Shown: positions 46,142-54,692 of the stretch, one piece after another | How the letters are laid out: every line of letters begins with the position of its first letter | Position numbering within the stretch: position 1 is the first letter of the stretch | NCBI GenBank assembly: GCA_034423135.1 | Contig: DAOUJC010000008.1 | Coordinates: forward strand, 182,611 to 246,610 | Direction: 5' to 3' | From: Dehalococcoidia bacterium | Lineage (GTDB): Bacteria; Chloroflexota; Dehalococcoidia; Lucifugimonadales; UBA2985 | Length of the DNA stretch: 64,000 bases | Position numbers and translations under genes: made by a program | The notes under the pieces: generated by a model | Told to the model about the DNA's origin: nothing | The model's input: only the letters and a program-made list of their open reading frames with translations | Databases searched by the model: none

Positions 46142-47242
46142 CTAGGTGTTGAACAGGAAGTTGATTACGTCGCCGTCCTGGACCTCGTAGGTCTTGCCCT
46201 CCAGGCGCAGCAGACCGCGCTTTCGCCCTTCCGGCAGCCCTCCGCACTCGATCAGGTGGTCGTAGGAGATGACCTCAGCGCGGATGAACCCCCGCTCGAT
46301 GTCGGAGTGTATCTTGCCGGCTGCTTTCACGGCAGGTGTGTGCCGGTCGATTGTCCACGCACGCACCTCGTCGGGGCCGACGGTGAAGAAGGAGACCAGC
46401 CCCAGCAGCGCGTAGGAGGCCCGAATGGCGCGATTGAGCGCCGGTTCCTGCAGTCCCATCGCCTCGCGAAGCTCACCAGCCTCGTCGTCCTCCATCTCGG
46501 CAAGCTCCATCTCCAGCTTGCCGCACAGCACGACAACCTCGACGCCTGGCCTGCCGTAGCGCGTCCTCAGCTCCTCCTCAATCTCCGGCGCACTGGCCGC
46601 GTCCTCCTCGCCAATGTTCCAGAGGATGAGCAGAGGCTTGGCGGTGAGGAAACCGAAGTTGGCGAGCAGCCTGCGCTCCTCGTCGGAGATGTCCTGCTCT
46701 CGGATGGGCGTTTCCCGTTCAAGCTCACCCTTGAGCCTGTCCAGGGTGTTGCGCTCCCTCAGCCGGGCCTCTCTCTCGCCGGCTCTCGCGCCCTTGAGCT
46801 CGGACTCCAGTCGTTCCACGCGGCGCTCGAGTATCGCCAGGTCTGCGAAGGCCAGCTCCAGGTCCATGACTGCCAGATCGCGGTGTGGGTCGACCTCGCC
46901 CTCCTCGTGCGGCACGGTGGGATCCCGGAACGCTCTGACCACGTGCAGGAGCGCGTCCGTAGTCTGCAACAGGTTCAGGAGCTCTCCGGCGATACCCTGC
47001 GAGCGACCAGACCCCTCAGGCGCGCGGGGGAAGTCAACGTATCGAACCTCCGCGGGCACAGTCCTGCGGGGCTTGAACATCGCGACCAGCGGAGCGAGCC
47101 TTCCATCCTGCACCTTGGACACGCCCAGGTTCGGCTTTCTCGCGGACGCCGCCGCGGGGCCGACGTCGGCAGAGCCGCGACTCAGCGCGTTGAAGAGCGT
47201 GGTCTTGCCGCTCCTCGGAAGGCCTACGAGTCCAACTTCCAA
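46142..47242 (-). CDS. ychF: Ribosome-binding ATPase YchF (Obg family)
   Basis: GLVGLPRSGKTTLFNAL P-loop and a C-terminal TGS-like region (GFIRAEVISY). Confidence 0.9.
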   Translation of the reverse strand: MEVGLVGLPRSGKTTLFNALSRGSADVGPAAASARKPNLGVSKVQDGRLAPLVAMFKPRRTVPAEVRYVDFPRAPEGSGRSQGIAGELLNLLQTTDALLHVVRAFRDPTVPHEEGEVDPHRDLAVMDLELAFADLAILERRVERLESELKGARAGEREARLRERNTLDRLKGELERETPIREQDISDEERRLLANFGFLTAKPLLILWNIGEEDAASAPEIEEELRTRYGRPGVEVVVLCGKLEMELAEMEDDEAGELREAMGLQEPALNRAIRASYALLGLVSFFTVGPDEVRAWTIDRHTPAVKAAGKIHSDIERGFIRAEVISYDHLIECGGLPEGRKRGLLRLEGKTYEVQDGDVINFLFNT

Positions 47243-47271
47243 CCTGGAGGCTCACTCCGCGACGAGTGGGA

Positions 47272-49584
47272 TCACTCCACCGCGTAGAGATTGCCGTCCT
47301 TTGAGGCGAGGTAGAGCGTGCCGTCTGCAAGTACCGGCACTGAGGTGATGCTCTCAGCTATGGGCATAGACCACAGCTCCTGCCCGGTGTCACGATCCAG
47401 GGAGCGCAGGTTGCCCTTGCTGTCGGTTATGAGAATCTTGTTCTCCACCAGGGTTGGCGTGGAGAGCTTGTCGGCCCCGGAACTGAAGACCCACACTCGC
47501 TTCCCGGTCAACCTGTCGATGGCGTGCAGTCGACCGCCTTCCACTGGAACGTAAATCACGTTAGCATCCACGGCCGGGGTGGTCTCGATCACGGCGCCGG
47601 TGCGGTACACCCACTCGACACCCTTCGGCAGGCCCGGGTGATCGGTCATCCCCCACAGCCACATCTGCAGCCGGAACCTGTACCAGCGGCTGTAGAACAG
47701 CACTTCCTCCTCAAGGAGGTTGACACCCGTCACAAGGCCGTTTCGGTATGCAACATAGGTCATGTCCTCCATGATCACGGGGGAGGCCATGACCAGGCGG
47801 TTGAAGCCTCGGAACGAGAACCTGCGCTTTCCGGTGTCCGTGTCGTATATGGTGACGCGTCCGTCGAAGGACGACACCACCAGAATGTTGTCTGAAAGCG
47901 CGGCCGTATTGTCGATCCAGTCCCGCGTTTCGTGCGACCATCGCTCCTCGCCGGTGAGCGCGTCCAGAGCGTAGATCCGGCCATCGTTAGAGCCGATGAA
48001 GACCTGGCCGTCCTTGACCAACGGCGATCCGGTTGTGGGGTTTTCCTCGGTCTTGAACTCCCAGACCATGGCGCCGGTATCCGCATCCAATGCGATAACT
48101 CGCTTGTTCCTGAGTCCCACGTAGACCATCCCGCCGGCTACCGCAGGAGACGAATCCAGCGGGGCGACAGTCGGGTGCTCCCAGATTATGCTTCCGTCGC
48201 TGGGGTTCAGCGCCACAACCCGGTTATCCTGAGTGCTCAGGTAGAGCCGGCCGTCCTTGAGCGCAGGCGTGGACTCGATCGGGTCCTCGGTCTCAAACAC
48301 CCACTTGACTTCACCTGCGATGTCCGCGCTCTCTCCGGGTATCGGGTTTGGCCCCTCAGAGACACGGTAGATCATGGCCCACTCGCCGGGGCCGGACTCT
48401 GCCGTGATGTCGGTGGCAGGGGCGGGAAGAGGTACGGTGATGTTCATGTACTGGATGACCATAACGGTTGCTATGGCCGCCAGCGCGGCGCCAACCAGGC
48501 TCTTTCTGAGTCTGACGAACTTGCTCCTCCTGATCGCCCGCTCCTCCGTGGTCGCCACCTCCTGCCCTTCAGGGGCAGCGACGCGGTTCAGCTCGGCCCA
48601 GCAGCCTGCGCACCACGTTGCGTCTGCGGGGCTTCTGTACCCGCAAATCGTGCAGATGACGAGCGGCTTTTCCTCCACGGGAAAGTTCGACTTTTCCACG
48701 CCTTCCATGCCCGGAAGCTCGCTCTGCAGCTCCACCTCATGGACGATGTCGAACGGCACACTCTCCGTATCCGCAACGGGCGCAGCAGCCGCAAGCGCGT
48801 TTACGAACGAGCTCGGGGTCGCGTACCTGCGCTCCGGATGTGAAGCCAGCGCCCTGAGGATTATGGAGTCCAGGTACTTGGGCAAATTGGGGTTCACGCT
48901 GCTTGGCAGCGGGGGAAACGTCGTCAGCTGCCTGGCCTTTACGGCGCCGCGCTCCAGCGCATTGAAGGGCACTGTGCCGGTCAGCATGTCGTAGGCCAGC
49001 ACCCCCATCGAATAGACGTCCGAAAGGAGGTTTGGCGGCGAGGCCTGGCCCATTTCCGGTGCCGTGTAGGTGGGTAGAGGGGTGTTGAGAGACAGTCGCA
49101 CACCTACGGGAGCGCCTTCGCCCAGCACAACGATACCGAAGTCGCTTAGCACCAACTGCCCGGTCTCCGGGTCCACGAATATGTTGCCGGGGCGGATGTC
49201 GCCGTGGTGGATGCCTTCGGCGTGTGCGGCCTCCACCGCGGCCGCAACCTGCCTCAGAATTGTCATCGCCTGAGCGGCAGTCACAGGATGCTGCATCCAC
49301 TGGCGCAGCGTGGGCCACGATACGTACTGCATCGCCACCCAGTGGAGGTTGCCGTCACTCTCGTACCGATAGGCGGGGAGGATGTTGGGATGGCGCAGGG
49401 CTGCCACCCCCTCCATCTCTCGGGCGAACCGCTCCATCAGCGCCTCGTCGGCGGTGACGTAGGGACGAAACACCTTCAGGGCAACAAATCCCTCTTGCCC
49501 GGGGTCCTGCGCCCGATATACGGTGGCCAGGCCGGTGCTGCCCACCTGCTCCAGAAGAACGTACCTGCTTATGGTTCTCTGCAT
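47272..49584 (-). CDS. Transmembrane Ser/Thr protein kinase with a zinc ribbon and an extracytoplasmic PQQ-like beta-propeller
   Basis: Kinase motifs VALKVF, HGDIRPGNIF, SDFG, and TAPEM. Zinc ribbon CTICGY...CAGCW. One TM helix (LVGAALAAIATVMVIQY). Repeated DG-x-(L/V/I)YA(L/V) / W propeller blades. Confidence 0.85.
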   Translation of the reverse strand: MQRTISRYVLLEQVGSTGLATVYRAQDPGQEGFVALKVFRPYVTADEALMERFAREMEGVAALRHPNILPAYRYESDGNLHWVAMQYVSWPTLRQWMQHPVTAAQAMTILRQVAAAVEAAHAEGIHHGDIRPGNIFVDPETGQLVLSDFGIVVLGEGAPVGVRLSLNTPLPTYTAPEMGQASPPNLLSDVYSMGVLAYDMLTGTVPFNALERGAVKARQLTTFPPLPSSVNPNLPKYLDSIILRALASHPERRYATPSSFVNALAAAAPVADTESVPFDIVHEVELQSELPGMEGVEKSNFPVEEKPLVICTICGYRSPADATWCAGCWAELNRVAAPEGQEVATTEERAIRRSKFVRLRKSLVGAALAAIATVMVIQYMNITVPLPAPATDITAESGPGEWAMIYRVSEGPNPIPGESADIAGEVKWVFETEDPIESTPALKDGRLYLSTQDNRVVALNPSDGSIIWEHPTVAPLDSSPAVAGGMVYVGLRNKRVIALDADTGAMVWEFKTEENPTTGSPLVKDGQVFIGSNDGRIYALDALTGEERWSHETRDWIDNTAALSDNILVVSSFDGRVTIYDTDTGKRRFSFRGFNRLVMASPVIMEDMTYVAYRNGLVTGVNLLEEEVLFYSRWYRFRLQMWLWGMTDHPGLPKGVEWVYRTGAVIETTPAVDANVIYVPVEGGRLHAIDRLTGKRVWVFSSGADKLSTPTLVENKILITDSKGNLRSLDRDTGQELWSMPIAESITSVPVLADGTLYLASKDGNLYAVE

Positions 49585-49677
49585 TCCGCCTCCGGGCCTC
49601 TTTATGGCCCAACTTTGCCTGAATTTGTGCCTTGACCAGCGGCCACCAACACAAGCCCGTGAACTCGACTGGGCGAC

Positions 49678-49938
49678 TTACGGCTTGCCTGACGACTCAT
49701 CGCCCTCGTCTACAATCCTGGCTCGGCCCTCCACGAATCGCTTGCCGCCGGTTTCGGACCGCTCGTTCGAGCCGGTCGTGCCTGCCTTGACGCCTCCCAC
49801 AGTTCGCACGAGAAACGCGAGGATGGCCAGGAAGACCGTCGCCACCACAAGCAACAGCAGCGCGCGAAAGAACACCGTGGCCGACGCCAGGGCCAGCAAG
49901 AGCGGAATGGCGATCCTGAGCATTACAGGCAGTGTCAT
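49678..49938 (-). CDS. Small membrane protein, unknown function
   Basis: 86 aa with two hydrophobic helices then a charged tail. No motif recognised. Confidence 0.4.
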   Translation of the reverse strand: MTLPVMLRIAIPLLLALASATVFFRALLLLVVATVFLAILAFLVRTVGGVKAGTTGSNERSETGGKRFVEGRARIVDEGDESSGKP

Positions 49939-50041
49939 TCTGTGGGCGCTCCCGGCACCAAACTCGACTTACGTCGAATCCCTATAACGGTATATTATAC
50001 TTGGGCAAGGTTCATTTGGGAATCGCAACACGCAGGGCCAA

Positions 50042-51049
50042 ATGTTACACATTCTCTACGGCACAGACGACTTCTCCATAAGCGAGGAATTGGAGCTCCT
50101 GAAGTCCCAGGCCGGGCCGGAGGACGTGCTGGACGCCAACCTTTCGCGCGTTCAGGCGTCCGCCTCCACGCTGCAGCAGGTCCAAGCGCTGTGCAGCACG
50201 GTGCCGTTCCTGGCCGACAGGAGGCTCGTGATCGTCGAAGGGCTGCTGTCGCTGTTCGACGGCCGCCGTCCGACCAGGCGCGGCCGCGGTGCCCAGGACT
50301 CCGCATCGGAGTGGCTCGCGCTGGCCGACTTCGTGCCGGACATGCCTCCAACCACCGACCTGGTGCTCCTTGACGGCGCCGTCAACAGGGGCAACTCGCT
50401 GCTGGCCAGGCTGTCGCCGCTCGGCCAGGCCAGGGAGTTTCCTGCGCTGCGGGGCTCGAGGCTGACCGACTGGATACGGGACAGGGCGAATGGCGCAGGT
50501 TGCGAAATCTCTCGCGAAGGCGTGAGGCTGCTATCTGAGCTGGTGGGAGGCAACCTGTGGACACTGAGCAGCGAGATCGAGAAGCTGTCACTCTACTGCA
50601 ACGGACGCCGCGCCGAGGCCGAGGACATCCGCCTACTGGTACCATTTGCCAACGAGGTCAACGTGTTCAACGCAGTGGACGCGGTGATGGAACGGCGTTT
50701 CCCGGACGCCCTCCGGTCCATGAGACGCCTGATGGACGGAGGCGCAACCGGCACGTACATCGTGGCGATGGTCGCGAGGCAGGTCCGTCTGCTGCTCCTG
50801 ACCAAGGAGCTGGAGTCTTCCGGCGTGCCACAGCCGCAAATGGGCTCTCGCCTGGGGGTTACGTCCGAATGGGTGCTGGGCAAGCTGAGGGAGCAGGCCA
50901 GGCGATACTCGGCAACGAGCCTGGAGGCGCTTCATAGGGGTCTGCTAGATACCGACCTCGCGGTCAAGACGGGCCGGATTGCCGAGGGCAGCGTCGCAGA
51001 GTACCTGGTGCAGCAGTTCGCTGCCGTGGGCGGAAGCGCCCGAGTCTGA
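50042..51049 (+). CDS. holA: DNA polymerase III delta subunit
   Basis: 335 aa with a HolA-like N-terminus (MLHILYGTDDFSISEELELL) and overall length and pattern consistent with HolA. Confidence 0.8.
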   Translation: MLHILYGTDDFSISEELELLKSQAGPEDVLDANLSRVQASASTLQQVQALCSTVPFLADRRLVIVEGLLSLFDGRRPTRRGRGAQDSASEWLALADFVPDMPPTTDLVLLDGAVNRGNSLLARLSPLGQAREFPALRGSRLTDWIRDRANGAGCEISREGVRLLSELVGGNLWTLSSEIEKLSLYCNGRRAEAEDIRLLVPFANEVNVFNAVDAVMERRFPDALRSMRRLMDGGATGTYIVAMVARQVRLLLLTKELESSGVPQPQMGSRLGVTSEWVLGKLREQARRYSATSLEALHRGLLDTDLAVKTGRIAEGSVAEYLVQQFAAVGGSARV

Positions 51050-51107
51050 CCCCACACACACAGCAGAGCACAACTCCCTCAGTGCGTACGCTGGCTGTCC
51101 GAGGCTC

Positions 51108-51638
51108 CTAGGGCCATATCTCGCTTACTGCTGCGTCCAGTCTCACGCGCCGGCCGTCGGCAAGTACAACGGTCACCTCACTGGCGAGCGACGGGTTGCG
51201 CTTGGCCCACCGCATGACCTCACGGGCAGCCGCGTCGCCCTGCTTGGGGTGCTTGCGAGAGAAGTAGTGCGGAACGTCCAGATGGTCCAACATCTGACCC
51301 GCGTTGGGAAACCGCAGGCCGTCCACCTCATACTGGTGCTTGCCGAGAGCCGAGATGGTGCGCCGGGCTGCGCCTGACGCCCCGTTGTCCGTCTGCACGG
51401 GCACCGCTTCTGCGGCAGGCGATGAGTGGGCCTGCGACACCTGGGAGACCTGCGAAGTCTGAAAGGCGTCTCTCAGCCTGTCAAGTATGTTGCGCTTCTC
51501 CTCAAGCTGGCCCTCCAAGCGGGCCATCCTGACCTCAAGGTTTCGTACCTCGGACTCCAGCTCTCTCTGCAGCTCCAATGCGCTTTCTGCCATCGCTTCC
51601 CTGACCTCTTCCAGGTTGCCGCTTTCGCGCAAGCCCAT
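51108..51638 (-). CDS. Coiled-coil protein of unknown function
   Basis: 176 aa. The N-terminal heptad-like charged region is ELQRELESEVRNLEVRMARLEGQLEEKRNILDRL. The C-terminal roughly 80 aa are unrecognised. Preceded by the heptamer array. Confidence 0.5.
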   Translation of the reverse strand: MGLRESGNLEEVREAMAESALELQRELESEVRNLEVRMARLEGQLEEKRNILDRLRDAFQTSQVSQVSQAHSSPAAEAVPVQTDNGASGAARRTISALGKHQYEVDGLRFPNAGQMLDHLDVPHYFSRKHPKQGDAAAREVMRWAKRNPSLASEVTVVLADGRRVRLDAAVSEIWP

Positions 51639-51646
51639 CGCGGCAC

Positions 51647-51767
51647 TGCCTTACAAGTGCCTTAACATTACCATAAGGCAACTTTGCAGTCAAGAGAATC
51701 TACCTGGTGCGTTCTAGGTGTTCTGCCATAAGGCACTGCCTTATCTGCAGGCGATTGCCTTAAGGCA
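51647..51767. repeat. Array of seven exact copies of the heptamer TGCCTTA/TAAGGCA in mixed orientation
   Basis: TGCCTTA occurs at 51647, 51658, 51737 and 51756. TAAGGCA occurs at 51674, 51729 and 51761. Together they form a 12-bp palindrome tgccttaaggca (51756-51767), a 7-1-7 palindrome taaggcactgcctta (51729-51743) and a 7-9-7 inverted repeat (51658-51680). There is also a 12-nt exact direct repeat ggcactgcctta at 51642 and 51732. Confidence 0.7.
51665..51693 (-). promoter_or_regulatory. Candidate promoter of the 176-aa coiled-coil gene, interleaved with heptamer sites
   Basis: Minus-sense TTGACT (51693-51688), 17 nt, TAATGT (51670-51665). One heptamer lies in the spacer and two lie between the -10 and the ATG. 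Confidence 0.4.
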
Positions 51768-51859
51768 TTCTGAGCGGCGCGTTGAATCAGCGTCAGGACA
51801 GGGTGGCTTCCGATTCCGCGGCAGCTGCTTGGGACGCTCGGAAGGATCGCCGAGGCGGG

Positions 51860-52864
51860 CTACTCCGGGTGCTCGATCCGGTTGTAGCAGGCGACGTAGT
51901 GGCCCGGCTCCACCTCCACCAGTTCCGGTTTGGGGCTGAGCCGGCACTCGTTGGAGGCCTTCGGGCACCTCGGCAGATACGGGCACTGGTCCGGCATGTC
52001 GATCAGGTCCGGAGACGAACCCTCGATCGGCTGGAGAGCCTGCAGCGGCTTGTCAAGCCTGGGAATCGACTGGAGGAGCGCCCACGTGTAAGGATGAAAG
52101 GGACGCCGGAAGAGCGTGATTGTGTCTGCGTACTCCACAACGGAGCCCGCGTACATGACGGCAACCTCCTGGGCAGCCTGTGCGATGACGCCCATGTCGT
52201 GCGTGATGAGCATCACCGCCGAGTGGCGCTCCCGCTGGAGCCTCTTCAGCCTGTCCAGCACGTCCGCCTGCAGCGTGACGTCCAGGTTGGACGTGATCTC
52301 GTCGGCGATGAGCACGCGTGGGTTCCAGGCCATCGCCATAGCGATCATGACGCGCTGCGCCTGGCCGCCGCTGAGCTGGAAGGGGTACAGCTTCATTACG
52401 TTGGCCGGCGACGGCAGGTCAAGCTCGGTCAGCAGTTGCACCGACCGGTCCCTGGCCTCGGCCTTGCCCATGTAGCCGTGCGCAAGCAGCGCCTCCTCCA
52501 TGTGCGAGCCTATGGTGATCAACGGGTTGAGCGCCGCAACCGGCTCCTGGAAGATGATGGCAATGTCCTTGCCTCTGATCTGCCTCAGCTTCTCATTGTC
52601 CATCTTCAGGATGTCCTGGCCTTCGAAGCGTATGGCGCCGGAGACTGTGCGCCCGGGATGGGGAAGCAGCCTCAGAATCGAGAGCGCCGTCACCGATTTG
52701 CCTGAGCCGCTCTCTCCAACGATTCCAAGAATGCTGTCCTCCTTCAGCGAGAGGTTCACGCCGTTAACGGCCTTTACCTCGCCCTCCTTGGTGAAGAAGG
52801 AGGTATGCAGGTCCTCGATGCGAAGGATTTCTCGCTTGGGGGAAGCGGTCTCGGCGCCGGTCAT
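51860..52864 (-). CDS. Oligopeptide/dipeptide-type ABC transporter ATP-binding protein (DppD/OppD-like), orphan
   Basis: Walker A GESGSGKS, signature LSGGQAQR, Walker B LIADEITSNLD, and the Opp/Dpp C-terminal Cys motif region (CPYLPRCP...C). The start is ATG 52864 or TTG 52876, which has a GAGG SD. No permease or binding-protein gene is adjacent. Confidence 0.8.
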   Translation of the reverse strand: MTGAETASPKREILRIEDLHTSFFTKEGEVKAVNGVNLSLKEDSILGIVGESGSGKSVTALSILRLLPHPGRTVSGAIRFEGQDILKMDNEKLRQIRGKDIAIIFQEPVAALNPLITIGSHMEEALLAHGYMGKAEARDRSVQLLTELDLPSPANVMKLYPFQLSGGQAQRVMIAMAMAWNPRVLIADEITSNLDVTLQADVLDRLKRLQRERHSAVMLITHDMGVIAQAAQEVAVMYAGSVVEYADTITLFRRPFHPYTWALLQSIPRLDKPLQALQPIEGSSPDLIDMPDQCPYLPRCPKASNECRLSPKPELVEVEPGHYVACYNRIEHPE

Positions 52865-53101
52865 GCTGCTTGTCAATTCACTCAACCTCACGTTCGCTCG
52901 CGACCGGCGACGTAACCGGCCCGTAGAGCGCGCTGAAGACGTCGCGTCTGAGTCTTGCACCGGCACGCGCCAAAGTCAAGCCTCCTGGGGCGTAGCGGGC
53001 CCCATCATCATCCCGGAGGGCGATGCGAAACCCGCGGGAGAGAGCTACATTATGTAAAATGCGGCCCTTTTCTGTGCTCAGTACACGACATAACAACTAT
53101 A

Positions 53102-53126
53102 GGGCGAAGCAAGATGTGTCTTGCCC
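53102..53126 (-). terminator. Imperfect hairpin just after the stop of the 113-aa ORF
   Basis: gggc..aag / ctt.gccc stem (53102-53126). On the minus sense it is followed by a T-rich tatagttgtt. Confidence 0.3.
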
Positions 53127-53132
53127 TATTCC

Positions 53133-53474
53133 CTAGGAAACGGCTATATAGCCCATCCCGTCGTTGCGCTCATCGATCGACCCCATGTACACGAACTCGC
53201 CGTCAGCCGTCACCTTGCGCGCGGTCCCGTCGTCGAAGTCGATGTGCACCGTGCCGCCCTCGCACTCCACTGAAATGCGCTCTCCGCTGCGCGACGCAAG
53301 CCTCCTGGGCGTCGAGTCGATAATGTTGCCCGGGCCATTGGTGAACACCATCCACGGCACCATGGAATCGGCCTGCAGCAGGCTGCTTGCGTTGGCGGCG
53401 TCCAGAATGGTCAGTCCATCCGGTGTGCAGTTGAAGAACGGCCTTGCCGGCATTCCCTCGTTTTCTGTGGTCAT
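53133..53474 (-). CDS. Hypothetical protein, 113 aa
   Basis: ORF only. No motif recognised. Confidence 0.4.
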   Translation of the reverse strand: MTTENEGMPARPFFNCTPDGLTILDAANASSLLQADSMVPWMVFTNGPGNIIDSTPRRLASRSGERISVECEGGTVHIDFDDGTARKVTADGEFVYMGSIDERNDGMGYIAVS

Positions 53475-53507
53475 ATGTCTCCTCTCGGACAGAAATCTTG
53501 TATTGGC

Positions 53508-54671
53508 TCAAATTCGCCCAGAGAGGCCCCTCTGACCCCTCCGGTAGTCCAACAGGTCTACCGTGGCATTGAGAAGCCCCTCCAGCCCCCACCCCTTGGC
53601 CGCCGAAACCACGACGACTCTGTGATGGTCGACCGCGGCCTGCAAGCGCCGGGCGTATTCGCCCGTCTCTTGATCTTCCGCAAGAAGGTCAACCTTGTTC
53701 AGCACCAGAATGCGGTTCGCCTCGTCGTCAAGCTGCAAGTCCGACAGCATCTCGTTCACTACCTGCGCCTGCTCGGCGGCGTTCTGATGCGTTATGTCAA
53801 TTACGTGGAGCACCACGTCGGCTCCCTCAAGCTCCTCCAGCGTGGCTCTGAACGCGGCCACAAGCGCCGGCGGTAGCTTCTGTATGAATCCCACGGTATC
53901 GGTCAGCAGAAACGACCGGCCGTTCGCGGTCCTGATCCTTCTTGTCACGGGGTCCAGCGTGGAGAACAGCTTGTCCTCGGCGGCTACGCCCGCGTTGCTC
54001 AGGGCGTTCAGCAGCGTGCTCTTGCCCGCGTTCGTGTAGCCCACAAGCGCGACCACCGGCACGCCCTCGCGTTCCCTGCGCCTGCGGTACAGCGAGCGGT
54101 GTGTGCGAACCTGCTCCAGGTCTCGCTTGAGCCTCTGGATGCGGTTGCGCACCATTCGCCTGTCGGTCTCAAGCTGCGTCTCGCCTGGGCCTCGCGTGCC
54201 GATTCCACCGCCCAGGCGCTCCAGGTGCGACCACTGGCCCACCAGCCGCGGCAGCAGATACTCGTGCTGCGCCAGCTCAACCTGCAAGCGCCCCTCGCGC
54301 GTCTGCGCACGACCAGCGAACACGTCCAGGATGAGCGCGGTGCGATCGATTACCTTTGTGCTGAGCGCGCCCTCCAGGTTGCGCTGCTGCGTGGGCGTGA
54401 GTTCATCATCGAAGATGGCGACGTCGGCGTCCGTAGTCTCGCGCAGGGACTTGAGCTCCTCCAGCTTGCCCTTGCCAAGGTAGGAGTTGGTCTGCCTGTC
54501 AAGACGCTGGCTGAGCGTGCTGACGACTTCTGCGCCCGCCGTGCGGGCCAGCATACCAAGCTCCGTCAGTGAGTCCTCGACGGGCCACAGGCTGCGGCCA
54601 CCCCGGGTCTCGACACCTACGAGGATGGCTCTCTCAGGGCGGACTCTGGTCTCAACGGCTGTCTTCGGCAC
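53508..54671 (-). CDS. hflX: GTPase HflX
   Basis: HflX N-domain, then G-domain motifs [20 protein letters not shown] and NKVD. Confidence 0.9.
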   Translation of the reverse strand: MPKTAVETRVRPERAILVGVETRGGRSLWPVEDSLTELGMLARTAGAEVVSTLSQRLDRQTNSYLGKGKLEELKSLRETTDADVAIFDDELTPTQQRNLEGALSTKVIDRTALILDVFAGRAQTREGRLQVELAQHEYLLPRLVGQWSHLERLGGGIGTRGPGETQLETDRRMVRNRIQRLKRDLEQVRTHRSLYRRRREREGVPVVALVGYTNAGKSTLLNALSNAGVAAEDKLFSTLDPVTRRIRTANGRSFLLTDTVGFIQKLPPALVAAFRATLEELEGADVVLHVIDITHQNAAEQAQVVNEMLSDLQLDDEANRILVLNKVDLLAEDQETGEYARRLQAAVDHHRVVVVSAAKGWGLEGLLNATVDLLDYRRGQRGLSGRI

Positions 54672-54692
54672 CGCGCCGGCTCCTCTCGCAGG

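Noticed and set aside
51718-51939. 73-aa plus-strand ORF spanning the heptamer array and the end of the dppD-like gene.
   Set aside because: It has no SD, it overlaps the dppD-like 3' end antisense, and the sequence is Arg/Gly/Pro-rich. The repeats there look like DNA-level sites.
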